DNA of 64,000 bases, taken from positions 6,618,626-6,682,625 of the forward strand of contig MU054220.1 of NCBI GenBank assembly GCA_013239625.1, read 5' to 3'. The position numbers and the translations under genes are program-made. How positions within the stretch are numbered: position 1 is the stretch's first letter; every line of letters begins with the position of its first letter. The stretch is from Lama guanicoe. Taxonomy: Eukaryota. Shown one piece after another: positions 23,003-37,289 of this stretch. The notes below the pieces were generated by a model. The model saw only the letters and a program-made list of their open reading frames with translations. It searched no databases and was not told the DNA's origin.

Positions 23003-25454
23003 CTCTTTGCCCCACTTCACTGATTTGTAGTGGCGATGGGTATGCCAAAAAAAAAAATCACTTTTTGAGCAAGAATTGTTTCTACACACAGAAGCAATTA
23101 AAGACATATTTATAATTGTTCATTATTTTGATTAAATTTTTTGATCTCCAAGTCCATATTCTTACATGAGCAAGTGTGTTTTCTATATCATGTTATCCAA
23201 CAGAGATTCTGGGCACAGACCAAACTCTGGGGTAAGAAAAGTAGTTCCCACTATGGCCCACAACACATGGGTGTGCCCTCCACTGCTTTTTCATCTTGGG
23301 CAGATTCTCCTTTCTTTGGAGGCTGAGATTCCTTGCAGACAGCTTAGACCTGGATGCAATCTCTGGCCCCCATTTCCAAAGAGAAATTTCCTTAAATTTG
23401 ATAAATTGTATCATCCTATTTGTAAAATTCAGGCTTCTTTCAAGATTATATAAAACACTGTCTCAAGTGCTTAGCACAGGGCTAGCCTCATAAGATTATT
23501 TAGATGATTCTACTCATCATTACTGTCATTAATAATTGAGAGCAGTAAGTCAGTAACCAATGTTCACAGGACTTAAGCAGTGAAACTTGCAGCCCAGGGA
23601 AGAAGTCAAGTACAGAAAAGAAAAAAAAAGAGTAATCACTGAGTATTGAAAAGAAGTGTGTTTTCAAAGCTAAGTTAGGAAACAGGTTGAAAGAAGTGGA
23701 GTGGATACAGTGAGTAACTAGATATTAAAAATGAATCCAGGGATTCGGTTAAAAGGTAGCTCAGTAGCTCCATTGCTCGTTACTGACTGATTTGCTTGCT
23801 GTCTCAGTTGAATTCCATCGAACAGTCCTACATGAGTTCCTGTTCCCCAAAGAAACTATGGGACTTTGCCTACAAAACACTTTCACCTGCACTGTTTTAC
23901 TTGATCTCAAAAAAAAAAAAAAAAAGAAAAAAGAAAAAACAAACAAAAGAAACAAGAATCATGCAAGTTATAGTTCACTTTCGAATGCACAGTTGAGGCT
24001 CTCTAAGTATAATGAACCACCAAGGTGACTTCGCTTGCAAATGGTGGTGTTTAGATTGAGACCTTGGCTTTGTGACTGTGTAACTACTGCTTGGTCCACT
24101 GTGTCACAGGGAACATTGTAGCCAACGTGCAGTGCATGCCCAGTTTCTCTGGCATGCTAGAAATACATACATACTTTATAATATTTCTACCACAACCAAC
24201 TTTCCCTGTGTCGAAGGGCAGGATAGCAGCAACTACTGCTTTCTCTTTCTTAAAATAATGCATTTTACATGTGTTTAATTGCTAGTGAAAATCACAATGA
24301 AAAATAAATGGGGTCAAGTTTGCAGAATCAGCTTAATCATTTAGAGTGGACTGAAAAACCCAACTGGCTACAGAATACCAAAACAATTAGCATTCGTGTT
24401 TCACTGACCATTGTCCAAAGATGTACTTGTTTTTTTTCAGTTTTATTCAGTTTTGAGGAAAATCTAATCTGGAAGTTTCAGATGAACATAAAAAATTAAC
24501 ATTCCAGTAAATAAAGATGTGAACTACCATCAAGTTAATTTCTATGAAATAGTAATGATGATGGTGATGTAATGATAATGATAATGATGTTAACAACAGC
24601 AATAAAAGTAACAAATGTCATATATATTGATATATATATGATCAATTTCAAATATTTTCTTTTGCTGGATACCTGTGAAATAGAACAGATGGGCATTCTG
24701 TTCATAGTTGATACAAGTAAATTTCTTTTGCCCCAGAATGGTCAAACGCTTCTTCAAGCCAGTAACAGAAAGAGGACTAAAATACTGAGCTTCTAACTGT
24801 CCATTTCATGCAGTTTCCATGATATCCTTCCTTCCTTCCCATTTCAATATTTTTGATCCTACCATCTGATGAAGTAGGTGCATCCAAGACTCATTTGGCA
24901 ACTTTATCTTTCATTCCCAAGAGTCAGCCTGTTACTGTATTTGCAATATGTTCACTGGCTGGCTCTCTGCAAGTGGCTACGGTATCCACAGCTATGTAAA
25001 GGCAGCAGTGAGAAGGGGGCTAGTGATTCTTGAAGTGATCACCCTTTGTCTGTTTTCTGGTCTCTCTCGTAGCATGATTTTCCACCCCTTCTTCAAAAGC
25101 AAAGTCTTGACAAGAATCTGGCCAATATAGTACCTTAAAAACAGTTGTTAAACCCCTTTTGGAGAACTTCTCAGGCTGTTTGCCAGCAAGTTCCCTTCTG
25201 GCCACATCCTTTGTTGCCAAACCAACTTCACTTTTTTTCTCTCTTTGCACAGAACTATCCCAGGGCTTTGCCTGTGTAAAAGCATTCTGAGTTCAGGACT
25301 AGAATGCCTGGTGCATGTTCACTACTTATTTTTAAGTGCTATTCTCTAAATGATTTTTCTAATCTAAATAGTGGGAAACGTAGACTATAAAAGCAAGAAG
25401 ACGGCACAAAATTCTTCTCCTCTAGAGGACAAAGTATTCAAAAGGCTGTGTAGG

Positions 25455-25531
25455 ACTGATACATCATGCTGTACACCAGAAACTGACACAATGTAACTGA
25501 CTGTACTTCAATTAAAAAATTAAAAAATAAA
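25455..25531 (+). mobile_element. very short 5'-truncated L1 tail
   Basis: TGCTGTACACCAGAAACTGACACAATGTAACTGACTGTACTTCAATTAAAAAA. Confidence 0.7.
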
Positions 25532-25591
25532 AGCTACAGGAGCTAGCCAGGCAACACTGGTGACTAAGGAGCACCAGGCAGGTGTTGGGAG

Positions 25592-26054
25592 AGTGCTGGT
25601 TTCCTGGGGCTGCTGTAACAAGGGGCCAAACATTAGGTGGCTTAAAAGAACATATATGTATTATTTCACACGTCTGGAGGCTAGAAGTTCAAAATTGAGG
25701 TGTCTGTACTCTCTGATGGCTCTAGCTAGGAGAAAATCCTTCCTTGCATCTTCTAGCTTCTGGTGTTGGCTGACAATCCTTGGCAATCCTTGGCATTCCT
25801 TGGTTTATAGGTGCATCACTCCAGCTGCATGGCTGCCTTCCCGTGTGTCTTTATATCATCTTCCCTCTTTGCATGTGTCTCTGTGTTGAAATTTGCCCCT
25901 ATTTGTATTGGATTCGGGCTCACTCTAACGACATCAATTTAATTTAATTACCTTTGTTAAGACCCTTTTCCCAAATAATGTCACATTTTGGGGTACTGGG
26001 GATTTGGACTTCAGTATATGTTTTTTTTTGAGACACATAATTTAACCCATAACA
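25592..26054 (-). mobile_element. MLT1 (ERVL-MaLR) solo LTR, MLT1B/C-like
   Basis: GGCTGCTGTAACAA...GGTGGCTTAAAA...CTGGAGGCTAGAAGT...GACCCTTTTCCCAAATAA...AACCCATAACA. Confidence 0.85.
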
Positions 26055-27309
26055 AGGATAAACTGGAAAGTACATGTTGTCTCGAAAAGTGTGGCAATCC
26101 CTCAGCTCCAGCCTGTTGCTCTAATTTTAAACCTTCTTTTTTAAGGGAAACTGGAAATCTGAACATTTCCTGGAAAATATCTGCAAGATATGTCCCTTGT
26201 TTTGGGATAACTAAACTAAGCATGTCTTAAGGTCAGGTTGAGTCGGCTGCAAGCCCCCAAATTCTGATTGTCCTAATCCATCCATTTACTTGTGAGAACT
26301 CTGGCCCCAGTGGGCTATAGAGTTTGCTGTGGCCACACAGCTGATAGTGGAAGAGCAAGGCTCACAATCCACTGCTCCTAATTTTGTTTCCTTTGGACAA
26401 AAAGCAGGGATTGATTAGAGACAATCTTTTTTAGTGATCAAACAGCCTACCTTTGTGCATTCAGTTACATCAAGTACTATCTGTTTAGAAAAACCTGCCT
26501 TCAACTTCCTAATTTTGCCAGATAATAGTATACAAAGTGAAAAAAAGTCTGTTCAAAAATGACATATATACATATTGTTTGAGTATATAATTATGTATAT
26601 ATAAAATCAAAAGAAAAATATTTAGCCTTTGAAATATCTACCTGAATCAAATAAGTAAAAATACTTTTGTCTTTCTTTGTTGCTATTTTAGGTGTACGAT
26701 TTCTCTTTCTCTATCTGTCCTTTAAACTTGGAGTCATATTGTACGTGAAGTATTAAATTGTACTTTTGGTTGTGATTTTCTCCTTTATAGAACTAATTTA
26801 CTTGAAGAAGAAATAAGTGCATAAGGCAGGTTATAAAAAGGCAAAAATGATACTCAGAATATACTGTGGGGACAAAGAAGAGGATTTGGGCATGATGGGG
26901 GAAACTGTAAAAAGTTTATGACTCTCTCGAAATCCTGCCATTAAAAAAGGGAATTTGGGTGGAAAAATTCAGCACTTAATAAGAAAATTTACAGTCTAAC
27001 TAGATGACAAGGTGTCCCCCAAATCCCAAATAGTAGATGAGCACAAACCATTGGCAGCTACAAAACCCCTGTGGTGTCCTCATTGATACATGAGGAAGCA
27101 AAGGGTGATGACAGAATGGCCCTGAGAATTGGGAAGCCACCTGAAATCAGCCAAGAGCCAACCTGAGAACAGCAGCTAAAACTGAGGAGGATCTGCGGGA
27201 CATATGTGTGAGTGAGTGCAGATCAGGAGGGACGCTGTCTGGACTGTCAATTCTGAAAATCCAACATATTAAAATAGCTCTTGCTAGTATCAGTCATTGT
27301 GTGCATTTG

Positions 27310-27900
27310 CACTAAGTATCCTATGCTTGTGTAAGGCAGGAGTTGAGGTCAGAGAGACAGGCAGGGGCCAGATAACTCAGGGCTGTGTCAGCCAGTTAAA
27401 GAGTTAAGATCTCATTCCAGACATCATGGGACAATGTCAGAAGATTTTAGGTGAGGAGTAATGTGTGTATAAAAACCTCACTCTACCTACTGTGTGTAGT
27501 ATGGATTGGAGGGAAGGCAAAGTGGAAGAAAGGCACGAGGCAGGTATCTCTGGAGGAGGCTGATGGCTTGGATTGGACTGGAGGGCCATCACTGGAGAGA
27601 GAACAGAGTGGCCTGTTTTTCCTGAGTCTTGGAGATTTAGGCAATAAACCTCGCTGATGGATTGGAAATGAAATATGAGAGAAAGAAAAGATGGAGATTC
27701 GGTCCTAATTAACTAGATAGATAATGCTGCTAATTATTAGAAAGAGAAAATCCTGGGACTGACTATGTTTAGGGAGGAGGGGGAAATCAAGTGTTCTGTA
27801 ATGGCCGTGCTCACTTGGACACGAATCTAGAGTTCAAGGAAGAGAGCAAGACTGTGTAACTGCATTGTAGAGTCACAGACATGTAGATGGGATGGATAAG
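27310..27900 (-). mobile_element. L2 LINE fragment
   Basis: GAGGTCAGAGAGACAGGCAGGGGCCAGAT...GCTGATGGATTGGA...GGGGAAATCAAG...TCTAGAGTTCAAG. Confidence 0.75.
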
Positions 27901-27914
27901 TTGGTTTTACACAA

Positions 27915-28500
27915 AATGGAGACCCGGTTAAACAATATTCTACATTAAAAAATAATAATAGCCTATCTGGAAAGCTTTCCGTAATGTTATCTTTATCTAT
28001 ATGTTTAATGACGCAGTGGGTTTCCTTTGTAGTCTACTGATGGGCATTGAATGGGCCGCAAAGGCCATTTTTTGTACGTGTATCTTTGCACACATGTGGA
28101 TGTTTATCTATGAGAGCAATTCCTAGAAGTGGGATTGCTGCATTCAAACATATGGGCATTTAAAATTTTGATAGATGTTGCCAAGTACTCCCAGCGACAA
28201 TGTATAAGAATGTCTGTTTCTCATACCCTTGCCAAATTTCATAATCTTTGCCAATCTGATAGGTTAAAAAAGAAGTGTTTTTTTGTTTTTAGTTTGCATT
28301 TTACAAAGTAATTAGTGAGGCCGAGCATCTATCCATATGGTTTTAAGCTAGTTGAGTCTCTTTCTGTGAACGAATCTGCCTGTTTATCCTTTGCCTATTT
28401 TCCCATCGAGCTGCTATTGTTTTTCTGGATTTTTTTCTCTATCTGTTGCACAGTAGTATAAATATTTTCCAAATTTTCACTTCTCTTTGAACTTTGGCAT
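27915..28500 (-). mobile_element. old L1 (L1M) 3' region
   Basis: TCTACTGATGGGCATT...CAATTCCTAGAAGTGGGATTGCTG...TTTGCCAATCTGATAGGT...TTAGTGAGGCCGAGCATC. Confidence 0.75.
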
Positions 28501-29634
28501 TTTTTTGGCAGCAGGATTTTTGAAACATGTTTGTTTGTAATACAAGTTTATGGCTTAACTGATCATAGTCATATATTCCGAATGACAACAGTAGAGATGA
28601 AGCTATGAAAGTGGTCGGAGTTAATATATTACAATTCTCATTCTGCTGCAGATTTGCTGGGTGCCTCTGGGACAGTCATTTAATCATGTGCCTTAGTTTC
28701 CTCCTTGTAAAATGGAAATCACAATCTCTGCCTTACCTTCAAGAACTTATTTAAGGAGAAATCAATGAATAAATATAATAACTGTCTTTTGGGTTTTGAA
28801 TGCTCTCAACATATGAATGTATGCATGCTAGGTAGTCAGTAACATGTGGGACACACAATATTGCAAAATACTAAGAATTTCCAGAGTGCCCTATGATCTT
28901 TAAAGCTTCATCTCTCCCTAGTCCTTCTTCTTGTCATCCTTCTTCTCCTTTTTATGTTGTCTTTCTCCTTTTCTTCCTTCTCCTTCCCTTTTCTTATTTT
29001 GTTACATGTGACTTTCTGGTTGCCATTATTTTGGTGGATAACTGCCATGCACACCAATCTGGATACATTGTAAACTGATAAAGAAAGTAAATGCCTGGTA
29101 ATCACTAGAAGCTCTGTCCTCTGTATCTTTTTTATGACATCCGCTTGGTAGGACACATGCTGATGAATTAGGCTGGATAACTGGGGAGTGACCAGCACCA
29201 ACGAACAGAAGAAGGATGTGGTTATTACTCCCTGTGAAGAAGTCAAACTCTGTAACGGGAAGAGCACTGACCCGAGAGTCTGCAGACCTGAGGGGCAGCT
29301 CAGATTCTCTTACTAAGTGGTTTTATAGTAGTGATTTATGATTATGTCATAAACTAAAAGTTACAGCATTTATTTATTTTAAAACTCGCTCAGAAGAATA
29401 TTACTGTTTAAGTGAGCAAAAAATGAAATTCAAATTTAGGATTATGAATGGCAGACTCAGTCCTAGCCTCTTCATCCATAAAAACAAATTAAAGCAACAG
29501 CGCCGCGTTTTACAAGAGCCCTTAAAGCATCTCTGTAAAACGCATTTTGAAAACCCCTTATCTGTATTATCTTCTCCTAATTTCTGGCTTAGACATTAAG
29601 TTCTGTGACTAGTTTGCTACCAACAGCTGTTAGA

Positions 29635-29717
29635 AGAAAAAAGAAAGAAAGGAGGGAGGGAGGAAGGAAACAAGGAATGAAGGAAGGGAGGGAGGAAAGA
29701 GAAGAGAGAAGAGAGAA
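29635..29717. repeat. purine-rich (GAAA/GGAA/GGGA/GA) tract
   Basis: almost pure purine run. Confidence 0.85.
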
Positions 29718-30069
29718 CAGTCTCTCAGTCCCTACTCTGTCCCTAAGGTGATCAGGACATATTATTATAAACGTTTTCCTTCTTACCTCTCACACCAGAT
29801 AAACATCCTTATGATGCTCATGTTAAACTATTAAATCCAAACATCACAGCCGGGGGAGATAGGTATCAGTCAGATTCTTCACACTCATTTTGAGTGGTTT
29901 CCTGTTATTTGACTGACTCTACAACCCAGAACTCTGCAGAAAATAAGTAAAGCTTTACCCAAAAAAGTTAAGTTTAACTGATTTCTCTAACACTTTCTCT
30001 ACATTTTCTAACCTTCTTATAGCATCCATAATAGTTAGGATTGTATGGTTAAAACCACATGCAATTTTA

Positions 30070-31955
30070 GTCCCTTGTTGTCACATCATTTGCAAATATT
30101 TTCTCCCATTCTGTAGGTTGTCTTTTCATTTTGTTTATGGTTTCCTTTGCTGTGCAAGAGCTTTGAAGTTTAATTAGGTCCCATTTGTTTATTTTTGCTT
30201 TTATTTCCATTACTCAAGGAGCTGGTTTGAAAAAAATATTGCTGCAATTTATGGCAAAGAGTCTTCTGCCTATGTTTTCCTCTAGGAGTTTTATAGTATC
30301 CAGTCTTCCTTGTAGGTCTTTAATCCACTTTGAGTTTATTTTTGTATATGATGTTAAAGAATGCTCTAATTTCATTCTTTTACATGTAGCTGTCCCATTT
30401 TCCCAGCACCACTTATTGAAGAGACTGTCTTTTCTCCATTGTATATTCTTGCTTTCTTTGTCATAGATTAATTGACCATAAATGTGTGGGTTTATTTCTG
30501 GACTTTCTATCCTTTCCATTGATGTATGTGTCTGTTTTTGTGCCAGCACCATACTTTTTATTTACCGTAGCTTTGTAGTATAGTCTGAAGTCAAGGAGCA
30601 TGATTCCTCCAGCTCCGTTTTTCTTTCTCAAGATTGTTTTGGGTGTTTGGAGTCTTTCGTGTTTCCATACAAATTTTAACAGTGCTTGTTCCTGTTCTTT
30701 AAAAAATGTCATTGGTAATTTGATGGGGATTGCACTGAATCTTTATAGTGCCTTGGGTAGTATGGCCATTTTAACAATATTGATTTTTTTCAGTGCAAGT
30801 CTATTTTTCCATCTGTTTGTGTTGTCTTCAGTTTCTTTCATCAGTGTCTTACAGTTTTTGGAGTACAGGTCCTTTGCCTCTTTAGGTGGGTTTCCCCTAG
30901 GTAGTCTGTTCTTTGTGATGTGATGGTAAATGGGATCAAACAGCTCATACAGCTTACTATCAAAAAAGCAAAGAACCCAATCAAAAAATGGGCTGAATAC
31001 CTAAATAGACATTTCTCAGAAGAAGACATCCAGATAGCCAACAGATACATGAGAAGATGCTCAATATCACTAATTATTAGAGACATGCAAATAAAAACTA
31101 CAATGAGGTATCACCTAACACCAGTCAGAATGGCTATCATTGAAGAGTCTACAAATAATAAATGCTGGAGAGGGTGTGGACAAAAAGGAACCCTCCTACA
31201 CTGTTGGTGGCAATGTAAATTGGTGCAGCCACTGTGGAGAACAGTATGGAGGTTCTTTAAAAAACTGAAAATAGAGTTACTGTGTGATACAGCAATCCCT
31301 CTACTAGGCATATATCAGGGAAAGAAAAAAACTCTAATTTGAAAAGATACATGCACCCCAATGTTCATTGCAGCGTTATTTACAATAGCCAAGACATAAA
31401 AACAGTCTAACTGTCCATCGACAGATGAATGGATAAAAAAAGATGTAATATATATATATATAATATATATATATATATATACACACACACAATGGAATAC
31501 TGCTCAGCCATAAAAAAGAATGAAGTAATACCATTTGCAGCAACATGGATCGACCAAGAGATCATCATATTAAGTGAAGTGAGTCAGATAGAAAGACAAA
31601 TGTCATATGATATCACTTATATGTGGAATCTAAAAATAATGGTACAAATATTATTTACAGACCAACAATAGTCTCATGGACATAGAAAACAAACTACAGT
31701 TACCAAAGAGGAAAGGGCAGGGAGGGATAAATTAGGAGTTTGGGGTTAACAGATGCACATTACTGTAAATAAAATAGATAAACAACAAGGTCCTACTGTA
31801 TAGTACAAGGAATTATATTCAAATTCTTATAATAACATATAATGGAAAAGAATCTGAAAAAAATCTGTATTTGTGTATAACTGAATCACTTTGCTATACT
31901 CCTGAAACTAATATTGTAAATCAACTACACTTTAATAAAAAAATTAAATTCCAAA
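30070..31955 (+). mobile_element. L1 with 5' inversion (twin priming): 30070-30936 minus, 30937-31955 plus
   Basis: ORF2 C-terminal peptides on both strands ([61 protein letters not shown]), 3'UTR and polyA; degenerate TSD CCA-CATGCAATTTTA / CCAGCATACAATTTTA. Confidence 0.95.
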
Positions 31956-34900
31956 AAACACCCAGCATACAATTTTAATAAGAAGAGAGTCATTGGTTGT
32001 ATGCAACTCCAGGACTTCATAATTCATACACCTGATTGTCTTCTTAATTTGTAAAGAGATGCACTAAGTTATTTTACATTCATTCATTCACTTATTGTTT
32101 ACCTACTGTGTATCAGCTCCTGTGCTATGCAGATCATGGTAATGTAAGAATGAATAAGGTATGGTCCCTTCTCTAAAAGATTATGCTAAGAAAAGAGGTA
32201 GATAAATATATAATTTTTCAAATTTAAGGTGACCAGTCTAATATGTTGGCTGTTGGTGGCTTTTTCATTGTCTTAGCCTATTTCAAGAATCAATGGACAT
32301 TAATAAGAGTCTTAACTCTCTTACACATTTCTCTGGCATATGAGTAGGAGGAGAGTAAAAAGAGTTTTGCTAATGATGCTCAGAAGCTTTCTGTCCAACT
32401 ACAAAAGACAGTTGATCTTGTTTCAGCAAAACTCCACAGAAGATAGAGGAGGACACAGCGAGATGAGAACTAGCAGCAGATACAGGAGCCATTCAACTTG
32501 GTACTAGAAACGTTTTTGTCTGTGGGTTCAGAATCCCCTAAGAGTAAGTATTGAGGACACTGAAAAGAGAATGTGCTGAATGGGAAGAGCCCTGCCCTGT
32601 GTGCCTTTAAGCTAATCTGCTGTGCCAGCTTCCACAGAGGTAGTAGGTGTTCCAGGACTCTGTAACAGTGGTCTCTCCCAGCAGCTTCTTGTGTGCTTTC
32701 CACCTGTCTATTTCATCTTATCTTCGTCCTTGACTCCATCTCCTGCACATAAGTACACGTGGTCTGTCTTCACTAGGCTTTGAAATGTGGTCTCTTGAGC
32801 TGACATTCTTTAAAAGACTTGGCTCAGATTCATCCTATTGGCTCTTTGCACTTAGGGAACCCACATGTAACAAACCCTGATGTAAGTGTCCCTCAGAGCC
32901 AGGCATGTCTGCTTGGGCTTCCACAAAAGGAAGGAAGTCTATTTCAGTTGCCAAAGACAACTGTAAATAGTGCACAGTGAATAATATTTTAAAGGATTTA
33001 TGATGGCTGGCCAGGTGCCCTCATGATGGTTCTTCCCTCCCTTCAAATTCTTCACAAAACGGAAAATGTATAAACAATTTCCCTTCGTGTTTTGTCTTTG
33101 TTTTTATGTGTTTAGTGAAGCACATCAGAAAAATTGGATATGGAAAAAAATCTTGCCTTTTTATCTTGTCAATCCCTTAGCTCTGTTGGTTGACATAATC
33201 TCAAATGGATCTCAAATAACCTTCTTGTAGCCTCCTTGCCTTATTCCCCAGGGTGTCTGTGAATGTAGTGTTTCCAAATGAGTCAAAGTCAAACTGTAAG
33301 ATTCTGGATGTCCTTTACTTTGCTTCCTTACCATGAATATGATATCAGCATTTACCACATCATTTAAAATATAATCACACCAGCCTCTATGCTTGTTCTT
33401 CATTCTGTCTGTCTTCCTTCAACATGTCTTACTTTACATATAGACTTACTTTTTTTGCTTCTACTAAATTGAATAGTGAGTATTATCTTTGAAGAAAAAG
33501 AGTGATTTTTAAATTATTGGAATATTAAGACAATACTTGGGAAAAAAACTAGAACCTGTCTTTAAACTAGTGTCATTCTGCTTGTATTTATTCAGGTAAT
33601 AGTTCTCATGTCAAAAATTAGACAAATTCAATGACAAATGATTATCTTTTGCATATTGTTTTGTTTTAAATTCATGACTTTTCAATTTTTCATTATAGCA
33701 GTAATATATCAGCAGAATAGGAGTTTGCAAAGAAGGATATATCACTCAACTCCGTAACTTTAACGTAACATCTCAAATTAATATTTTGGAGTATTCGCTG
33801 GTGTTTGTTTTTCTATGCATATTTTTAAAGTTATAACCATAAAAGGCATATTGTGTTGCTCCTGGCTTTTTTTTTTCACTTAATACATATTCTGAGCATT
33901 TCCCCATACTATTATGTAGTCATGATAAACGATGACTATTGAGTTTTTACTCTTCCTCTATAATGGCAAATGGTCATAAGGTTTACTTTAAACATAAATC
34001 ACTGTGGCTTCTTATCCATGCTTTGAAATATGGAGGCACGTTATTATTCAAAACTACTAGACTAAATTGTTCAGCATCAATAAAATGAAATGCCACTGCT
34101 TGCAATTCCGGCCTTAATTTGGTGATTTGTAGCACTTTCTCTCCACCTACCATGTAATGAGGGTCTCTTGATGAATTTGGCAACAGGAGCAGAGACATAA
34201 GTCTGTGACTCATAACACTGTCTCATGACTGCCCAGACTTACAGCCTGGTGTTTGGAACCTGCTTCCCTTGAGGTTTGTTCCAATTTTAATTTGAGCTGC
34301 TCAGCTAAGGCTTAACAAAGGCAGGCACATCCAGTGGCAAGATGAATAATGGGCAATCTGAGAGCAGCGCTTGGAGAGGCCTAGGGCGACCTATATTAAC
34401 ACGGTGACCTTGGGTTTATTAGAATAAAGAACCACCCGCAAGGTGGGGGCAACCAAATCAGTCACCTCTGGATGTGGGTCTGTGTGCGACTCCATGCGTA
34501 TTTCTCCTTACCCATTGACCTCTGTGTATGCACAGGTTCTGTTACTTAAACTGAAGTAGTTTATTCGATAACCATTGTTAACTAATCTGTTTGTAATATT
34601 TAATGCCAAAATCCACAGAGGAAAGTAGTTCAAAGAAGAATTAAGACAAATCTCTGTTGCCCTTTGAAAATTTTATAGAACTGTAACCCGACTATGGAAA
34701 AATTAAATGGAAGAGGAAAAATTCTCTAAGTAAATGTAGGCAGTTGTCTGACTCCTGTTATAATGTAAGCACGTGTTAAATGGAAGACAGGTTTACCTCA
34801 GGATCACAAATATCTACAGCCTGCTTCACAATTCTGGATTTTCAAAAAAGTGCCATAGACCAGCAGAGGAGAGCTGAGATTACTGATCAGCAGGAAGCTG

Positions 34901-36102
34901 TGTGAAGCTCAAAAAAGGTCAGAGTAAGATTCAATATAGTATTGCCTAATACCTGTTAGAGGTAGAAGGTAGCCAAGCAATGCTATGTTAAGTCATCTCC
35001 TCAATAATCCAGGGCTTTTCCAGAAATCTAATTCCATTTGATTAGTATCTTGGGTCAGGAAAGGGCTGCATTAAAATTCAGAAGATATTTGCATTGTGGG
35101 TGTATTTTTTTAATTATGTAAAGCCCTCTTAGCTTGTCAGACAAAACATTAGACTAGATTTAAGGCAGGCCAGGAAGGCGATGCCAGGCTGGGTGACTTT
35201 CAAATGTAGTCTTGCAAGGCTCCTGAGAGTCTGAAACTCTGTTATGTTTCTCTGTGAACTTCTCTCACCACCAACACACTTAATTTACGTGTCTCAAGAG
35301 GTAAAGAGGTTTGTCCGAGTAGAATGGGAAAAAAAAAGGAAAACAAGATAGTTCATAAAAGGATTCGGTTAGAAATATTTAGTTGACATATGGTAATGGA
35401 TTCTTTTCCTGCTTTATGTCAAGAAATGAGTTATGTGACTGAGGATTCATTTCACTGAAAAGAAACCAATCTTGGGTGGTGGGAACTCCTAGGTTCTGGA
35501 GGAAAATGGATTCAACTTAATTCTAGCTCAAAACTTTACCACCTGTGTGACCTCGGTTAGAGCCGCTGAATGTCAGTTTCCATCACTGCAACTTACCTTC
35601 TATTTGATAAATCAGAAATACTTACTGGGCACCTCCTTTGTACCAGGCATTATTCCAACTACTGTAAATTCAGCAATAGAAGAACTCTGCCCCTCACGGA
35701 GTTTATCTTCTAATACTTTTAGGATTATTAAGCTGATTAAGTGAAATCATGTATTTAAATCTTCTTGCATAGTGCCTCATACACAGTGAGTACTCAGTAA
35801 ATGTTCCTGTTGCTTCTGTTTCTCCAATGCTTTTTCAAAATTCATGAATAAAAATCGTAAGCCAACCTAGTAGGATGTTGACACATTTTGACTTAACCTT
35901 TCCCTGTCAAATGCAGACTTATTAAACACCAGACCATGTTAGTCTTGTCCGTTTCAAATGTGACAGCCTCTACACATTGATCTGAATCTGTCAATAGAGC
36001 CACTTTGTCGCCTTTCTACTTTTTCTCATAGGAAACTCTTATTTACCTTTCAAGCACAAGTTCCAATGCTACGTCTTCTCCAGTGTCTTTTTTTCCCTCC
36101 CC

Positions 36103-36294
36103 TTTTTTAAATTGAAACATAGTTGATTTACGATGTTGTATTAGTTTCTGTTGTACAGCATAGTGATTCAGTTATACATGTATATACATATTCTTTTTCA
36201 CATTCTTTTTTATTATAGGTTATTACTACTCTGTACCCAATAAATAAACAGCAAGATCCTACTCTATAGCACAGGGAACCATATCTAATACCTT
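36103..36294 (-). mobile_element. short L1 3'UTR insertion with 5' inversion
   Basis: 36103-36226 antisense L1 tail (TAGTTGATTTAC...GATTCAGTTATAC); 36240-36294 sense piece ATAAACAGCAAGATCCTACTCTATAGCACAGGGAA. Confidence 0.8.
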
Positions 36295-36428
36295 TTAGGT
36301 TGTCCTGCAAGGAAAAATCGGCTGTTCTTTTTTGCACTTCCAAAAGACTTTAGACTTACCTGAGATAATGCTATTTGCCGTGATGTATTTTCACTGTTTG
36401 TTCCCATATGTGTCTTCTCACTATCTAT

Positions 36429-36742
36429 TGTCTTAGCTTGAGCTGCTATAACACATATCATACATCATACATCATGGCGAGGTGCCAGCAGATTGAGTGT
36501 CTGTTGAGGCTCAGCTTCCTGGTTTGCAGATGGCTGTCTTCTCATGTGTCCATGTATGGCCGAGAGGGAAATCATCTCTCTTATGTCTCTTCTTGTAAGC
36601 GCACTAATTCCATTCATGAGGGCTCCACCTTCATGACCTATTTACCTCGCAAAGGTCCTATCTCCAAATACCATCATATATACTGGGAATGAAGGCTTCA
36701 GCAGATGAATTTTGAGGGGACACATACACCTAGTACATTGCA
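36429..36742 (-). mobile_element. MLT1A-like MaLR solo LTR
   Basis: TGTCTTAG...GCTGCTATAAC...GCACTAATTCCATTCATGAGGGCTCCACCTTCATGACCTA...GAATTTTGAGGGGACAC...CATTGCA. Confidence 0.85.
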
Positions 36743-37289
36743 CATAGTATCCAGGGCATGTTCAAGTTTCTAGCAAATATTTGATGGAAAAAAAATGAAA
36801 ATGTCCATCTGAATAGAGATCAGTGAGTGTAGTAAATTTGGTTTATTCTTTGGTAAGTCCTCATTTCATCCACCCATTGGGGGATGTTGCATTAAGGAAA
36901 ATTAGAGTAAATCAGAACTGCTCCACTAGGTACTTAATTTGCAGGACTTACATTTTCAAATTGTGATTTTTGCACCATAAAATTTGAACTGAGACCAAAG
37001 CCAAACATTTATTTTATAAATCATTTTTGAAAAATTCTTCCATCTCTAGAAATACACGGTTTTGAAAATGCTGCAAATTACGTAGTGCCCTTGATAATGC
37101 TACGATTTTTTTTTTTTAATGTTGATCTCTTTGTTGCCGTTTCAGTCCCAATTTAAGTGTACCCTGCTTAGGAGCGAGAAATCTCTATGGAGGCGAGGGC
37201 TAGACAGTGTGACGGGGTGGCATGCAGCAAATTCTGTCCAGGAAGACTAATGCCAGGAGACATTTACAGTCTGTAATAGTAGCCAGTGA

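Noticed and set aside
30185..31671. Bidirectional ORF cluster as genes
   Set aside because: Fragments and antisense shadows of L1 ORF2 in an inverted insertion.
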